Assembly: GCA_017522135.1 (NCBI GenBank)
Contig: JAFXAB010000013.1
Span: forward strand, 15,375 to 79,374
DNA length: 64,000 nucleotides
DNA from: Bacteroidaceae bacterium
GTDB lineage: Bacteria > Bacteroidota > Bacteroidia > Bacteroidales > Barnesiellaceae_A
Direction: 5' to 3'
Each line of letters begins with the position of its first letter. Positions within the stretch are counted from its first letter, which is position 1. A program made the position numbers and the translations under genes. Positions 10,602 to 20,685 of this stretch are shown here, in pieces. The notes below the pieces were generated by a model. It was given only the letters and a program-made list of their open reading frames with translations. It did not search any database and had not been told where the DNA came from.

Positions 10602-11675
10602 TTAAAAAGCCGAGAGCAATGTTTGCGACTTGGCACAAGTTTCGTTCCATTCATCTTGTGCTACCGATTGGGCAGTCAATCCGCCTCCCACATAGAGTCG
10701 TACCGCATCGGAAGTAAACTCCATACTGCGCAGATTGACATACAACTTACAACTACCATCCGACCATGCTTCGCCCAGGTAACCTCCGTAATATCTTCGG
10801 GACAACGTCTCCACCGAATCTATCACACTCATCACGTAGGGCATTGGCACACCCGCCACCGCAGGTGTCGGATGCAAACTCGACAACAAACGGTCGCGTA
10901 GGAAGGCTTCGTGTTGTACTTTTATATCGAAATGGGTACAAAGATGTTCCACTTGTGCCGCCTGCTTGGTGCAGGTGTGCATGGTCACATCATTAAGTCC
11001 GCATTGTTGCAATTTTTCGGCTATATATTGTGTAACATATTGCTGTTCTTCAATCTCCTTACTTCCCCACTCCTCGGTGCTACCGGCTTTTCTTGTACCG
11101 GCCAATGCCATTGTAGCATAGCCTTGGGGTTGCGACACCAACAATACCTCGGGCGTAGCTCCTATCCAGCCACACACACCGGGATAATGCACAATAAATA
11201 CATACGCCGACCTATAGAGATTGCACAGACGTGCATAATATTGAGGCAAGAAAGTTTTGGTATCGCAAGGGCGAGTGATGGTACGCGAATAGACCAATTT
11301 TGAAAAATCCTTTCCGGTCTCCATCATATCTACGAGCCAATTCACACAGCCTATATAGCTATCATAGTCTATATCCTCACCCACCAATGCACGCTCCTCG
11401 ACATTTCGTGCCGGCAATGCCTGCAGGCGTTCTTTATCGGCAGGGAATGTATCGGGATAAATAGAGAAGGGCATATCGGAACTTCTCATATCAAACGGCA
11501 TAACACGAAAACCGTTATCCAAGCGATGAACCGGATAAGTGCGTACCTGTGCACCGAAACGACATTGCTCCTCCTCGGGATAACGACACACATAGAACGG
11601 TACATTCTTCGCCAAGCAGCAAGCAATGAGTTCGCTTGCTTCATCGACAGAGCAATATGGCGAAAAATCGTTCAT
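10602..11675 (-). CDS. menF: Isochorismate synthase
   Basis: 357 aa with a chorismate-binding C-terminal pattern (ALAGT, LHPTPAVAG, RRYYGGYLG, VGGGL). It lies next to menD. Confidence 0.8.
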   Translation of the reverse strand: MNDFSPYCSVDEASELIACCLAKNVPFYVCRYPEEEQCRFGAQVRTYPVHRLDNGFRVMPFDMRSSDMPFSIYPDTFPADKERLQALPARNVEERALVGEDIDYDSYIGCVNWLVDMMETGKDFSKLVYSRTITRPCDTKTFLPQYYARLCNLYRSAYVFIVHYPGVCGWIGATPEVLLVSQPQGYATMALAGTRKAGSTEEWGSKEIEEQQYVTQYIAEKLQQCGLNDVTMHTCTKQAAQVEHLCTHFDIKVQHEAFLRDRLLSSLHPTPAVAGVPMPYVMSVIDSVETLSRRYYGGYLGEAWSDGSCKLYVNLRSMEFTSDAVRLYVGGGLTAQSVAQDEWNETCAKSQTLLSAF

Positions 11676-11679
11676 TTTA

Positions 11680-12972
11680 TCAACAAGGGCGGGCTATAAG
11701 GTCAAATGGCATTGCTTCGACTATCTCAACATCACAGAAAGTACCGGGCTCTAACGGGCGAATTTTTTCGATAAGCACTTCATTATCGACCTCGGGCGAA
11801 TCATATTGTGTGCGACCCACATAGTAGTCGGGCTCTTCACGATCTATAAGGACACGCTGTATAGAGCCTTGCTTTGCAGCATTTATTTCGGCGGCTATAT
11901 CCTCTTGTAAAGCCATTAGCTTATCGAGTCGTTGCTGCTTGGTCTCTTCATCTACATCATCGGTATAGTGGCGGGCGGCATAAGTACCCTCTTCCTCACA
12001 GTAGGCAAAAGCCCCCATTCGCTCAAAGCGAGCATCACGCACAAACTGCAACAACTCATCAAAGTCTTGCTCAGTCTCACCGGGATGCCCCACCATAAGA
12101 GTCGTGCGCAAATGTATGCCGGGCACTTCGCGACGGATGCGTTCGATAAGGTCGTATGTCTCTTGCTTGGTGACGTGGCGCAACATCTTATCAAGCATAT
12201 TGTCACTGATGTGTTGCAACGCTATATCGAGATACTTACACACATTATCATGACGGGCCATTACCGGCAATAGTTCATAAGGGAAACCTGCCGGATAGGC
12301 ATAGTGCAGACGTATCCACTCGACACCCTCGATTTGCGCCATAAGGTCTATAAGTTGTGCCAAGCGATTCTCTCCATACAAGTCCTCACCATAATACGAG
12401 AGGTCTTGTGCTATAATCTGAAATTCCTTTACACCCTCAGCTACCAATGCACGCACCTCGTCGAGTATCTGCTCCATAGGGTACGACTGAAAACGACCGG
12501 TAATAAGCGGTATGGCACAATATGAACAGAATCGATTGCAACCCTCGGCTATCTTGATGTAGGCATAGTGCGAGGGAGTTGTGAGAATGCGAGCCGTCGA
12601 ACAATTTACCTCACTATGCCCCAAATCGGCCAAAAGGCTCTCCCAATCAAACTTACCATAAAAACGGTCAACCTCAGGAATTTCCTCGGTGAGTTCTTGA
12701 CGATAACGCTCCGAGAGGCAACCCATAACAAAGAGTTTTCCTATACGACGTCGTTTTTTGGCCTCGGCAAGTTGCAATATCATTTCGATACTCTCCTCCT
12801 TGGCATCGCCTATAAAGCCACAAGTATTCACCACGACAATCTCGCCCGATACGCGATCGGCATCGTGAAATACCTCATAACCTGCATCGGCAAAACGTCG
12901 CATAAGTCGCTCCGAATCCACAAGATTCTTTGAGCATCCCAATGAAACAATATCGACTCTGTTGCGTTTCAT
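11680..12972 (-). CDS. rimO: Ribosomal protein S12 methylthiotransferase RimO
   Basis: Radical-SAM MTTase with the N-terminus MKRNRVDIVSLGCSKNLVDSE, the CNRFCSYC cluster and a C-terminal TRAM-like domain. I place the start at ATG 12972, 1 nt from the ftsY stop, rather than the track start at 13041. Confidence 0.85.
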   Translation of the reverse strand: MKRNRVDIVSLGCSKNLVDSERLMRRFADAGYEVFHDADRVSGEIVVVNTCGFIGDAKEESIEMILQLAEAKKRRRIGKLFVMGCLSERYRQELTEEIPEVDRFYGKFDWESLLADLGHSEVNCSTARILTTPSHYAYIKIAEGCNRFCSYCAIPLITGRFQSYPMEQILDEVRALVAEGVKEFQIIAQDLSYYGEDLYGENRLAQLIDLMAQIEGVEWIRLHYAYPAGFPYELLPVMARHDNVCKYLDIALQHISDNMLDKMLRHVTKQETYDLIERIRREVPGIHLRTTLMVGHPGETEQDFDELLQFVRDARFERMGAFAYCEEEGTYAARHYTDDVDEETKQQRLDKLMALQEDIAAEINAAKQGSIQRVLIDREEPDYYVGRTQYDSPEVDNEVLIEKIRPLEPGTFCDVEIVEAMPFDLIARPC

Positions 12973-12973
12973 A

Positions 12974-13927
12974 TCAATCACCAAAGAGTGTATCGACAAA
13001 GGCTGCACGGCGGAACACTTGAAGGTCTTCCATACCCTCACCCAATCCTATATATTTTACCGGAATCTTAAATTGGTCCGATATACCTATCACCACGCCA
13101 CCCTTGGCTGTACCGTCAAGTTTGGTGATAGCCAACTCGTTAACCTCGGTAGCTGCCGTAAATTGCTTGGCTTGTTCAAAGGCATTTTGGCCGGTCGAGC
13201 CATCGAGTACCAAAAGCACCTCATGGGGAGCATCGGGCAACACCTTCGACATTACATTCTTTATCTTGGTAAGCTCATTCATCAAGCCTATCTTGTTGTG
13301 CAAGCGACCTGCGGTGTCTATAATTACCACATCGGCATTATTGGCCTTGGCCGAGCTGAGTGTATCGTAAGCCACCGAAGCAGGATCTGAGCCCATTTTT
13401 TGCTTAACAACAGGCACACCCACGCGATCGCCCCAAGCCACCAATTGCTCAACAGCCGCGGCACGGAATGTATCGGCAGCTCCCAAATAGACCGAGTAGC
13501 CTTTTTTCTTATATTGATATGCCAACTTACCAATGGTCGTAGTTTTACCCACACCATTCACACCTACCACCATAATAACATAGGGGCGTTTGTTGGCAGG
13601 AATGGCAAAGTCCTCTTCGTCATCATCACCGGTCTCGGTGAGCAATGCTGTAATCTCCTCACGCAAGATACGATTAAGTTCCTTAGTACCCAGATACTTA
13701 TCGCGCGACACGCGCTCTTCGATGCGTTCTATAATACGCAAGGTAGTATCGACACCCACATCCGAGGTGATAAGCACCTCTTCGAGATTGTCGAGTACTT
13801 CATCGTCTACGCGGTCTTTACCGGCAACAGCACGAGCCAACTTCGAGAAGACACCCTCTTTGGTTTTAGACAAGCCCTTGTCGAGCGTCTCTTTTTTCTC
13901 TTTACTGAAGAAATTAAACCAGGCCAT
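12974..13927 (-). CDS. ftsY: Signal recognition particle receptor FtsY
   Basis: 317 aa with SRP-GTPase motifs (VGVNGVGKTTTIGKLA, DTAGR, TKLDG). Confidence 0.93.
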   Translation of the reverse strand: MAWFNFFSKEKKETLDKGLSKTKEGVFSKLARAVAGKDRVDDEVLDNLEEVLITSDVGVDTTLRIIERIEERVSRDKYLGTKELNRILREEITALLTETGDDDEEDFAIPANKRPYVIMVVGVNGVGKTTTIGKLAYQYKKKGYSVYLGAADTFRAAAVEQLVAWGDRVGVPVVKQKMGSDPASVAYDTLSSAKANNADVVIIDTAGRLHNKIGLMNELTKIKNVMSKVLPDAPHEVLLVLDGSTGQNAFEQAKQFTAATEVNELAITKLDGTAKGGVVIGISDQFKIPVKYIGLGEGMEDLQVFRRAAFVDTLFGD

Positions 13928-13985
13928 ATATCAATATTATTTTAGTTATTCAATCCATAAAGTGCGCAGTGCGCCAAATATCATG

Positions 13986-13993
13986 CAAATTTA
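13986..13993 (-). promoter_or_regulatory. -7 promoter box (TAAATTTG) upstream of ftsY
   Basis: The minus strand reads TAAATTTG, about 59 nt upstream of the ftsY ATG and just downstream of the DUF4295 terminator. Confidence 0.5.
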
Positions 13994-14007
13994 CGAAAAA
14001 CAGTATA

Positions 14008-14047
14008 TAAAAAAAACTTCCTCGCACATTTTTTGTGCAAGGAAGTT
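14008..14047 (-). terminator. Rho-independent terminator after the rpmB-rpmG-DUF4295 unit
   Basis: The arms are aacttcctcgcaca (14015-14028) and tgtgcaaggaagtt (14034-14047). They form a 14-bp stem with one G:U pair and a 5-nt loop. On the minus strand the hairpin is followed by a run of 8 T. Confidence 0.7.
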
Positions 14048-14079
14048 CTATAACTTGTATTACAATCGTCTTATAAAGA

Positions 14080-14232
14080 TTATGCTTTCAAAGCAGCATC
14101 AACGTTCTCTTTGAGGATCATTTCCTCTTGGAACATATAGGCACCGGTCTTGGGCGATTTCACCACTTTGATTACTTTCGCATAAGCACGGCTATCGCCT
14201 TTTTGCAGTGTTGCAACGGTTTTCTTTGCCAT
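14080..14232 (-). CDS. DUF4295-like small protein downstream of L28/L33
   Basis: Hand translation gives MAKKTVATLQKGDSRAYAKVIKVVKSPKTGAYMFQEEMILKENVDAALKA (50 aa). The position directly after rpmB-rpmG is typical for this Bacteroidota family. It is not in the ORF track because it is shorter than 60 aa. Confidence 0.7.
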   Translation of the reverse strand: MAKKTVATLQKGDSRAYAKVIKVVKSPKTGAYMFQEEMILKENVDAALKA

Positions 14233-14248
14233 GAGTCAGACCTCCTTA

Positions 14249-14437
14249 TTATTTAATTTCTTTGTGAACTGTTACTTTTCTAAGAATGGGGTTGTATTTC
14301 TTCAACTCCAAACGCTCGGTGGTATTTTTACGATTTTTGGTTGTAATATAACGCGAAGTGCCGGGCATACCACTTGCCTTGTGCTCGGTGCATTCGAGTA
14401 TTACTTGCACTCTATTACCTTTAGCTTTCTTTGCCAT
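14249..14437 (-). CDS. rpmG: 50S ribosomal protein L33
   Basis: 62 aa, [20 protein letters not shown]...[18 protein letters not shown], a canonical L33. Confidence 0.93.
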   Translation of the reverse strand: MAKKAKGNRVQVILECTEHKASGMPGTSRYITTKNRKNTTERLELKKYNPILRKVTVHKEIK

Positions 14438-14438
14438 A

Positions 14439-14693
14439 TTAGTTCATCATTTTTATTTCGGTTAAATACCCTTTCTCGACTGCATACTTGATGGCAGCGT
14501 CCAAGCCCATCTTGTTGATGAGACGAAGACCGGCGGCCGAAATATTGAGGCTGATCCAGCAGTCTTGCTCTACCCAATAGAATTTCTTGCTAAAGAGGTT
14601 AACATTGAAACGGCGTTTCGTGCGACGTTTCGAGTGCGAAACGTTATTGCCAACCATAGCTTTCTTACCAGTAATTTGACAAATCTTTGACAT
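14439..14693 (-). CDS. rpmB: 50S ribosomal protein L28
   Basis: 84 aa, [33 protein letters not shown], a canonical L28 N-terminus. Its stop lies 1 nt from the rpmG start. Confidence 0.93.
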   Translation of the reverse strand: MSKICQITGKKAMVGNNVSHSKRRTKRRFNVNLFSKKFYWVEQDCWISLNISAAGLRLINKMGLDAAIKYAVEKGYLTEIKMMN

Positions 14694-14744
14694 CGCTATC
14701 TTTTCTTTTTTAGTTTACTTTTCCAACTTTCACAAAACAGTGTG

Positions 14745-14752
14745 CAAATTTA
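14745..14752 (-). promoter_or_regulatory. -7 promoter box (TAAATTTG) upstream of rpmB
   Basis: The minus strand reads TAAATTTG, about 52 nt upstream of the rpmB ATG. A second candidate box (TATCTTTG, 14914-14921) lies further upstream. Confidence 0.45.
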
Positions 14753-15095
14753 CAGCATTTTGCATTACCGTCCAAATTTTAGACCGATAAAATATTATTT
14801 TTTCTTCTTTCGGCCTATTATAGAGCATCACGACGGACTTATCAATTCGCGTAAATCTACCTTACTCCTTTGTTTTTCAGGGCGTTGCATATACACCCTG
14901 CCTTTCGGTGGTGCAAAGATAAACATTTTATTGCAATCAACCATATTTTACAGCATCATATTACAATATTTTTTTTTACACAATCCCCAAAAACCGACCG
15001 GACATATCCGACAAATGAATGGATGAATTATAATTCTATCGCAAAAGAAAGGTGATGCAACACACTACTTTCGCACAAAATAAATTATTTATCCG

Positions 15096-17663
15096 ATGAA
15101 AAACAGTCGCATCACTTTTATAGGTACATCAAACAATGTTGCCACTCGCGAATCGAAGCCCGGCGAGTGTTCGATCATGAGCAATCTTGAACGACACAAC
15201 TCTACCCTTCGACCAATATCCTCTTACAACTTTGCCGGTAGTGTATCGGACAACAAGCGCAAGATATGCTATATACACTCCTGCACCGGCGAACAGCATC
15301 TGATATCGGTCGACGAAAACACCATATACCACGAGGCCGACATCGTAGACGGAGCACTGGTGAGCGTAAACAAAATAATCACCATACTCATTGATACCCC
15401 CCGCGAGATGAATGCTTTTGGCAACACTCTCATTATCAACACCGACCAAAACATCGTATACATAGCCTATCGCAGTGATGGTTATAAGGTGTTGGACAAC
15501 AAGCCTCCTATGCCTATCATCCGATTTAGAGAGGTATGCATAGAGAACCAAGGATACATAACACCCGAAGTGACTTATGAGGGCTGTCTCGAAAAGCCAT
15601 CGGATGAGGACTATGATTTTTTCTTCAACCACATCATGGCTCCCATCTATAAGGTGCGAGACGAAATACACGAAAAGCATGCTTTTTTTGAGCCTTTCTT
15701 GATTCGCTATGCTTTGCGCCTATTCGATGGCAGTCATATCCTGCCATCGCCTCCTATCTTGATAAATCTGCACAATTACAAGAAAATGCTTGACGACCAA
15801 TATCTCACTTTCTTGCATTACAAAAACAACGATCATACCATATTACAATCAAACACTGTTACATGGGGTGCGATGGGTATAGAGTATATTATCGATAGCA
15901 TCAATATGAACGAATGGAGCGATATCGTAACAGGTATTGACATCTTCGTGTCGAAAGAAATTTCGTTGATAGAGGATCGCCCTATCGACGAGCACTCTTA
16001 CTATGATACAGACGGGGAGAAAATAAAATTTGCCTACAAATACAAAATTCCCATACAAAAACACTCTTTCATCGAGCAGAGTATCTTGAACGAAACCCTG
16101 TTTTATCACCTCACAACTATCAATATCAGCGACATAACGACACAGACACCCACACTTGTCACACACAGCATCAAGCCCGACGAAATTATGTATAGGCCCT
16201 TGATGAAGGTCGACACATCGAGTCTTTCTACCATTGGAGCGAGGCACACCTTTATCTACAACCACAGGCTACACATGGCCGATATCACGCAGCGTTTTTA
16301 TCCGGGATACCCTCCTACACTCTTTTGCAATATGGGCGATAACACTCACAACAACGCCATAATATATATGCGCACACAGATAACTCAAGTAAACGGAGGT
16401 GTTAAAGAGACAACTGCCATGACAATCCTATCCGACTTCGACTTACACCTATCACCACTTATTTCATACCCCGACTGCAATGCTTTTTCTATGGAAATTG
16501 GCATCAGATACAATGGCTATGAGTATAGGAAGCGTATAGCATTACAGGCTGTCGATAACGAAAACAGAGCCTCGTACATCGAGCCGAAAGCTCTATCCAT
16601 CAATATTGATGAGTGGTACAAGGTTGCCATTACTTCTGACAATATCGATGATTTTCCTTCTTCTACGTCCTCTTTTGCGATAAAACAACATAATAGAATG
16701 ATTGTATCGGAAATAAACAATCCTTTTTATTTCCCCGACGAACTATCTTATTACATATCCAATGGCACCATCAACGGCATGGCAGTTGCCACAACAGCTT
16801 TATCACAAGGACAGTTTGGAGAATTTCCACTATACATTTTCACCACCGAAGGTATATGGAGTATGCAGGTAGGCTCGGGCGATATATGTTATACACGATG
16901 CACGTCACTCAACAACGAGCGTACCAACAAACAAGGGTTTATATTACCTATCGAGCACGCGGTTGTATATCTCTCCGGCAACAACCTTTCGGTTATCAGT
17001 GGTTCAACAAGCAGGGTCATCTTGCCTCTGAGCGAAATACAACCTTCCAATTTCAATGCTATGCTTCCACGATTGCTCCCCGAGTTGACGGCTGCCGGCA
17101 TCGACGACACTCCTATCTATAAATATATAAGCGACAACACTGCCGCTATATACAACCACAAGAAGCATGAACTTATTATATATAACAGCAACTATTCATA
17201 CTGTTGGATATTGCATATTCCATCGGGACATCTTTATCGCTGGGAGGAACCTATTCGCAACATTGTATGCAATGGCGAAAACCTATTCATACAGAGCAAT
17301 AATGGCATCATTTACAATAGCAACAACGAAATTCAATCTTTCAGAAAAATCAATCTTATCACCAAGCCACTACAATTTTCTCACGATATGTACTCACGAC
17401 TACGACAAGTCGTATGGCGCATGCAGGCTTCACATGGAATTTTATCATTGAGCGTATTGGCTTCGCATGAACCCGATGGCACATACAAGGCCATTTATCG
17501 CTCTACATTCGATGGTGCTATCGACGGACACTTGCCTATGCGCATATTTTCTGCACCGTACAAATATTACCGCCTTGCACTATCGGGCACTTTAGCTCCC
17601 GACGCAACTATCGACGGGGTCGATATGGCATTTGATATTGTAGAAAACAACAAACTACGATAA
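15096..17663 (+). CDS. Hypothetical 855-aa protein of unknown function (orphan)
   Basis: A long uninterrupted ORF. I see no signal peptide, TM segment, P-loop or any catalytic motif I recognise. The C-terminal half is beta-rich and repetitive in character (LYIFTTEGIWSMQVGSGD, AVVYLSGNNLSVISG, LIIYNSNYSYCWILHIPSGHLYRWE, LFIQSNNGIIYNSNN). A weak TACTTTCG box lies at 15066-15073. Confidence 0.7.
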   Translation: MKNSRITFIGTSNNVATRESKPGECSIMSNLERHNSTLRPISSYNFAGSVSDNKRKICYIHSCTGEQHLISVDENTIYHEADIVDGALVSVNKIITILIDTPREMNAFGNTLIINTDQNIVYIAYRSDGYKVLDNKPPMPIIRFREVCIENQGYITPEVTYEGCLEKPSDEDYDFFFNHIMAPIYKVRDEIHEKHAFFEPFLIRYALRLFDGSHILPSPPILINLHNYKKMLDDQYLTFLHYKNNDHTILQSNTVTWGAMGIEYIIDSINMNEWSDIVTGIDIFVSKEISLIEDRPIDEHSYYDTDGEKIKFAYKYKIPIQKHSFIEQSILNETLFYHLTTINISDITTQTPTLVTHSIKPDEIMYRPLMKVDTSSLSTIGARHTFIYNHRLHMADITQRFYPGYPPTLFCNMGDNTHNNAIIYMRTQITQVNGGVKETTAMTILSDFDLHLSPLISYPDCNAFSMEIGIRYNGYEYRKRIALQAVDNENRASYIEPKALSINIDEWYKVAITSDNIDDFPSSTSSFAIKQHNRMIVSEINNPFYFPDELSYYISNGTINGMAVATTALSQGQFGEFPLYIFTTEGIWSMQVGSGDICYTRCTSLNNERTNKQGFILPIEHAVVYLSGNNLSVISGSTSRVILPLSEIQPSNFNAMLPRLLPELTAAGIDDTPIYKYISDNTAAIYNHKKHELIIYNSNYSYCWILHIPSGHLYRWEEPIRNIVCNGENLFIQSNNGIIYNSNNEIQSFRKINLITKPLQFSHDMYSRLRQVVWRMQASHGILSLSVLASHEPDGTYKAIYRSTFDGAIDGHLPMRIFSAPYKYYRLALSGTLAPDATIDGVDMAFDIVENNKLR

Positions 17664-17675
17664 TGGCAGAAACGA

Positions 17676-18710
17676 TTACTCTCGCAATCGTTTCACCTTG
17701 CCCGATGAGGTCTCCTCAAACTTCTCGACAAATCGTATCTCTCGAGGCATCTCATATCGGGCGAGGTGCTGCTTCATATCCTCACGAAGTTGTTGCACCG
17801 CATCTTCATCATAGGGCTGACTCTCAATTACCAACACGACATGTTGCCCCAGACGCTCATCGGGCGCAGCCACAATGTAATAGCGATAGGGTATAAGATG
17901 TGCTATCTTCTCTTCGAGTTGCTCGGCACAGAACTTCAACCCTCCACTCATTATTACATTATCATATCTACCCAGCCACTTGAAACGACGAGCGTCGATA
18001 AGTTCTACCACGTCATTGGTAACAAACCGTCGTCCGCTCAACTGTGGCGCATCTATCACAAGACAAGCTCGGGCATCGGTGGTAAAAGTAACATCGCCTA
18101 TGGCTGTATATGACAACTCTCCGACACGTCGCAGAGCTATGTGCGAAACGGTCTCGGTCATACCATAGGTTACATAAGTATTTGTTGGCAAAGAAATGAG
18201 TCGCTCTTCCAATTTCTCATCAACGGGAGCACCACCTACAAGCAGTTGCTTTATGTGCGACAACTGTTTTTCACCATCGGGTTGTCGCAACGTCTCGGCC
18301 ACCTGCATTGGCACCATAGCGGCCATGGTAACAGGTGTGTTTATTTCACATAGCGGTGTTGAAGCAGGAGCTACAACAAGAAGTTGTGCACGCGCCTCTA
18401 TGGCGCGTACTATCATCATTTTACCTGCTATATACGACGGCGACAGACAGAGAAGCAACGTAGAATTGCCATCAATACCCAGAAAGCTATTGGTGAGTCG
18501 TGCCGAAGCCCGCATATCGCTCTTGAGCAATGATATAGGTTTAGGGACACCGGTAGAGCCCGAGGTATGTCCCATTATAGTCGGTTGCTCGTCATACCAC
18601 TCGGCAAGAAAGTCTGCTACATCCTTCGGCACCCGATTGCACATTTCGGCCGGTGACGTATATAATACACCATTTATATTTATTTCCATGTCATACTGGG
18701 GTATTGCCAC
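17676..18710 (-). CDS. menE: O-succinylbenzoate-CoA ligase
   Basis: 344-aa AMP-binding enzyme (TSGSTGVPKPI, YGMTET, SGKVKR) adjacent to menC and menB. An alternative start at 18689 is possible. Confidence 0.82.
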   Translation of the reverse strand: MAIPQYDMEININGVLYTSPAEMCNRVPKDVADFLAEWYDEQPTIMGHTSGSTGVPKPISLLKSDMRASARLTNSFLGIDGNSTLLLCLSPSYIAGKMMIVRAIEARAQLLVVAPASTPLCEINTPVTMAAMVPMQVAETLRQPDGEKQLSHIKQLLVGGAPVDEKLEERLISLPTNTYVTYGMTETVSHIALRRVGELSYTAIGDVTFTTDARACLVIDAPQLSGRRFVTNDVVELIDARRFKWLGRYDNVIMSGGLKFCAEQLEEKIAHLIPYRYYIVAAPDERLGQHVVLVIESQPYDEDAVQQLREDMKQHLARYEMPREIRFVEKFEETSSGKVKRLRE

Positions 18711-19738
18711 TCACCTTGCGGGTTATAGGTGAGAACCTCTCCCTCCTGCACCAAAGGTGATGGTATATTATTGGTATAAAGCGCACCTGTACCCAATCCT
18801 TGCGGGCTGTGGGTACACAGCGATGCAGTATAACGTGCAATGGCGGCAAGTCCCACATTCGACTCCAAAGCCGATGTAATCCACCACCCCACCCCTCGCT
18901 CGGTAGCGGCTTTTATCCACTCGTTGCTTCCCGTAAAAGCTCCTGTCAGCGACGGCTTGAGTATGATATATTGAGGCTTGATAGCATCCAACAACTGCGC
19001 TGTCAGTTGCGGTGTCACTTGACGACATGCAACCAACTCTTCGTCGAGAGCAATAGGTATAGGAGTATGGGCACACAATCGCGCCATTTCCTCCCACTGC
19101 CCTGCCTTAATGGGCTGCTCGATAGAGTGCAAGTCATAACGCGACAAAGCCTCCAACTTGCCAAGTGCCTCGGCCGGTGAAAATGCACCGTTGGCATCGA
19201 CACGGAGTTCTATCTCGTTGCGCGAAAAACGACTGCGCACCATGCGCAACAGGTCGAGCTCGGCATCAAAGTCTATAGCACCTATCTTGAGCTTCACACA
19301 ACGAAATCCGGCCTCGAGTTTTTCTTCTATTCTACGCAACATGGTAGCTTTATCGCCCATCCACACAAGGCCATTGATGGTAATAGGATGCTCGCCATCT
19401 TCAAAACGAGACGGATAGTCACGCCACCCGTTCAACTCCTGCCATGCTGTTTCAAAGCCAAATCGTATAGAAGTCCATCCGGCAAGTTGTTGCAAAACCT
19501 CTTCAAAGGGTTTCACACTCACTTGTCGACATGCATCTACCAAGACCGCTTCATACTCGGGTAGGTCGTCAGACCCCAAACCTCTAAACAGAGCACACTC
19601 ACCCCACCCCACATGCTCGGGAAGGGCATCATCATATAATTGCAACATATAGCACTCCTTATAGGTCATCACCCCGCGAGAAGTGCCACTTGGCTCTTTA
19701 AACAGCAACCTATACGGAGCATACCGTGCCCGCAACAT
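18680..19738 (-). CDS. menC: O-succinylbenzoate synthase (enolase superfamily)
   Basis: 352 aa with a muconate-lactonizing/OSBS-like pattern (VKLKIG, LRVDANGAF, IEQP, IALDE, ILKPSL). It sits between menB and menE. Confidence 0.8.
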   Translation of the reverse strand: MLRARYAPYRLLFKEPSGTSRGVMTYKECYMLQLYDDALPEHVGWGECALFRGLGSDDLPEYEAVLVDACRQVSVKPFEEVLQQLAGWTSIRFGFETAWQELNGWRDYPSRFEDGEHPITINGLVWMGDKATMLRRIEEKLEAGFRCVKLKIGAIDFDAELDLLRMVRSRFSRNEIELRVDANGAFSPAEALGKLEALSRYDLHSIEQPIKAGQWEEMARLCAHTPIPIALDEELVACRQVTPQLTAQLLDAIKPQYIILKPSLTGAFTGSNEWIKAATERGVGWWITSALESNVGLAAIARYTASLCTHSPQGLGTGALYTNNIPSPLVQEGEVLTYNPQGEWQYPSMTWK

Positions 19739-19741
19739 ACA

Positions 19742-20563
19742 TCAAGGGAATTTGGGAAATTGTTGAAAATCGGGATCGCGTTTTTCCAAGAAAGCACGCT
19801 TACCCTCCTGCGCCTCTTCCATAAGATAGAACATCAACGTAGCATCGCCGGCAAACTCCATCAAGCCACGTTGTCCGTCAAGCTCGGCATTGAGAGCGCG
19901 TTTTATCATTCGCACAGCCATAGGACTACGCTTCAAGATGGTTTCGCACCACTCGACAGTCTCATCTTCAAGTTGCTCAAAAGGTACAACTTTATTTACC
20001 ATACCCATCTCCTCGGCCTCCTTGGCTGTATATTGACGGCACAGGAACCATATTTCGCGAGCCTTCTTTTGACCAACTATGCGAGCCAAATATGACGAAC
20101 CGAAACCGCCATCAAAACTACCCACTTTCGGGCCGGTTTGACCAAAACGAGCATTCTCCGATGCTATTGTCAAGTCGCACACCAAGTGCAACACGTGTCC
20201 GCCACCAATGGCATAACCATTCACCATGGCAATAACAGGCTTAGGCAACGAGCGTATAGCCTTATGCAAATCGAGTACGTTGAGGCGGGGTACACCATTA
20301 TCGTCGATGTAGCCACCCACACCTTTCACATTTTGGTCGCCCCCCGAGCAGAACGCCTTATCACCGATGCCGGTAAATATAACCACACCTATATCGGTGC
20401 GCTCTCGACATATTGCCATTGCATCGAGCATATCGAAGTTGGTCTGCGGACGAAAGGCATTATATACCTCAGGACGATTGATGGTTATCTTGGCTATACC
20501 GCCATATTGTTGAAAAAGGATATCACTATACTCCTTTATCGTTTTCCATTCTCTTGTTGCCAT
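19742..20563 (-). CDS. menB: 1,4-dihydroxy-2-naphthoyl-CoA synthase
   Basis: 273-aa crotonase fold with typical MenB strings ([48 protein letters not shown]). Confidence 0.92.
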   Translation of the reverse strand: MATREWKTIKEYSDILFQQYGGIAKITINRPEVYNAFRPQTNFDMLDAMAICRERTDIGVVIFTGIGDKAFCSGGDQNVKGVGGYIDDNGVPRLNVLDLHKAIRSLPKPVIAMVNGYAIGGGHVLHLVCDLTIASENARFGQTGPKVGSFDGGFGSSYLARIVGQKKAREIWFLCRQYTAKEAEEMGMVNKVVPFEQLEDETVEWCETILKRSPMAVRMIKRALNAELDGQRGLMEFAGDATLMFYLMEEAQEGKRAFLEKRDPDFQQFPKFP

Positions 20564-20651
20564 ATTCTGTTTGTATAAGTTTATCGGTTAATAATACGAC
20601 TCCAAAGTTAATAAATTCCCATCTAAACAACAAATTCAAAAATTTAATTTC

Positions 20652-20659
20652 TATCTTTG
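20652..20659 (+). promoter_or_regulatory. -7 promoter box (TATCTTTG) upstream of the 20686 gene
   Basis: TATCTTTG lies on the plus strand, 27 nt before the ATG. Confidence 0.45.
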
Positions 20660-20685
20660 TATTCATTCACAACACATAGTATAAC

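Noticed and set aside
10587-10650. The upstream extension of menD (track start 10650) and of rimO (track start 13041).
   Set aside because: The extensions would overlap the 3' ends of menF and ftsY, and their translations (MERNLCQVANIALGFLIIRIA and MRVWKTFKCSAVQPLSIHSLVID) do not resemble family N-termini. The internal ATGs at 10587 and 12972 give canonical N-termini.
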